A stretch of DNA of 28,411 nt, taken from a virus (taxonomy: Duplodnaviria > Caudoviricetes). The notes beneath the pieces are model-generated. The model was not told the DNA's origin, ran no database searches, and saw nothing but the letters and a program-made list of their open reading frames with translations. Each line of letters opens with the position of its first letter. Position 1 is the stretch's first letter. The position numbers were made by a program, and so were the translations under genes. Of this stretch, positions 27,336-28,411 are shown one piece after another. The stretch is from IMG/VR virus record IMGVR_UViG_3300037634_004211, positions 1-28,411 of that record; one strand, given 5' to 3'.

Positions 27336-27869
27336 ATGATCCTAGGACTTGATATATCAACCAGCATAACTGGCTATACAGTATTGGACCATGGAGGCAA
27401 GATCCTCGCATGCGACCATATTGACTTACGAAAAGAAAAGAACTTCTTCAAGAAAATACAAATTGTGAGAAAGTGTCTGGAGGATATAGAAGGCGAGTAT
27501 CCTATAGAGCAGGTATATGTTGAACAATCTCTCCAATCCTTTCGCTCCGGCTTCTCATCAGCACAAACCTTATCGCTTTTATCAAAGATTAATGGTATTG
27601 TTTCGTGGCTGTGTTATAATATGTTTTACGGCGAACCCAAGTATCTCGCCGCCACATCCGCCCGCAAGTTATGCGGCATCAAAGTACCTAAGGGCCAGAA
27701 GGCAAAAGCTGTTTCTTTGCAGTTTGTTGTTGACAACGTGCCTGGTTTTGAGGTAGAATACACTAGGCATGGAAATCCCAAAGCCGGTTATGCTGACCGG
27801 TCGGATAGCTATGTGATCGCAAAGGCAGGCTGGATCCGTGAAAGAGAAGAAATTAAAAATACTGACTAA
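27336..27869 (+). CDS. ruvC: RuvC-like Holliday junction resolvase
   Basis: 177 aa with RNase H-fold catalytic motifs ILGLDISTSITGY, VYVEQ and ADRSDSYVIA, plus TSARKLCG corresponding to the helix after the second acidic motif. Size is typical of RuvC. Confidence 0.85.
   Translation: MILGLDISTSITGYTVLDHGGKILACDHIDLRKEKNFFKKIQIVRKCLEDIEGEYPIEQVYVEQSLQSFRSGFSSAQTLSLLSKINGIVSWLCYNMFYGEPKYLAATSARKLCGIKVPKGQKAKAVSLQFVVDNVPGFEVEYTRHGNPKAGYADRSDSYVIAKAGWIREREEIKNTD
27730..27759 (+). promoter_or_regulatory. Putative sigma70 promoter inside ruvC, upstream of the primase
   Basis: TTGACA (27730-27735), 18-nt spacer, TAGAAT (27754-27759), ending 78 nt before the primase GTG. Confidence 0.5.
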
Positions 27870-28411
27870 TGTGTTGGGTGCCGGCTATCGGACCAACAAT
27901 GAGTATTTATTCAAGTGCCCCTACTGCGAGCACCACAAGCGCAAATTCTCCGTAAATCTAGATAAAGGTTACTATAAGTGCTGGGTGTGTGACACTCGAG
28001 GCAAGAATATCTATCGTGTCGTTCGCCGTTTTGGCACGAACCACGACAAGGCGCAGTGGCGAGATTTCACTTCCGAGATTGATTTTGATCAACTCGAAGA
28101 TTTATTCGGCGAGAAAATAGAAGAAAAACAGATACTTGAGATGCCCGAAGGGTTTATCTCTCTCGCAAACAGAGAGATGCCACCTACCGGCTTTGCTGCA
28201 ATGAACTACCTACGCCATCGCGGCATCACTAAGCAAGACATTGTTTGGTGGAAGATGGGATACTGCACCAAGGGAGAATACGAGGGCAGAATCATAATTC
28301 CATCGTTCGATGATGAAGGAGACTTGAGCTATTTTGTATCCCGATCTTATGATCGATCCTATTATCCTAAGTATAAGAACCCTCCGGCAAGCCGTAATAT
28401 TATATTCAACG
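27838..28411 (+). CDS. DNA primase, DnaG-type with N-terminal Cys4 zinc ribbon (3'-truncated)
   Basis: Absent from the ORF track because there is no stop before the window end. Manual translation from GTG 27838: MKEKKLKILTNVLGAGYRTNNEYLFKCPYCEHHKRKFSVNLDKGYYKCWVCDTRG...NYLRHRGITKQDIVWWKMGYC...GRIIIPSFDDEGDLSYFVSRSY...PKYKNPP. YL..RG, GRIIIP and KYKNP are DnaG core motifs. Overlaps ruvC by 32 nt. Confidence 0.88.
   Translation, partial: MKEKKLKILTNVLGAGYRTNNEYLFKCPYCEHHKRKFSVNLDKGYYKCWVCDTRGKNIYRVVRRFGTNHDKAQWRDFTSEIDFDQLEDLFGEKIEEKQILEMPEGFISLANREMPPTGFAAMNYLRHRGITKQDIVWWKMGYCTKGEYEGRIIIPSFDDEGDLSYFVSRSYDRSYYPKYKNPPASRNIIFN

Noticed and set aside
27517-27756. 79-aa alternate-frame ORF inside ruvC
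   Set aside because: Fully nested, no motif, and no translation signals.
27336-27869. RuvC domain as a Cas12/TnpB/IscB effector
   Set aside because: Only 177 aa with contiguous RuvC motifs, no zinc finger or REC region, and no CRISPR array or transposon ends nearby.
1-28411. Stop-codon reassignment as seen in some large phages
   Set aside because: Standard-code ORFs tile the window almost completely, and TAA, TAG (2469, 15757, 25975) and TGA (27323) all terminate genes at sensible boundaries.

Overview
The window is a gene-dense, entirely plus-strand segment that looks like part of a large tailed phage with a contractile-type baseplate. It begins in a 5'-truncated hypothetical protein, followed by T4 gp25-like and gp6-like baseplate wedge genes and a DNRLRE-like protein. 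Next come a 3311-aa protein (gp7/P2 gpI-like wedge motif plus up to three LamG-like lectin domains), two large unknown proteins and two paralogous pairs of probable tail/baseplate proteins. The window ends with a RuvC-like resolvase and a 3'-truncated DnaG-type primase that the ORF track missed. The most notable signals are: a 10-bp ACTATTTATA motif in the only two long intergenic gaps; sigma70-like promoters at the structural/replication junction; a tail-collar-like domain apparently split across genes and duplicated; a pervasive [S/T]-[G/A/S]-S tripeptide in a subset of virion proteins; and sharp GC mosaicism within genes. All family assignments come from motif recognition by eye, not from database searches. 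I saw no RNA genes, CRISPR arrays or mobile elements.
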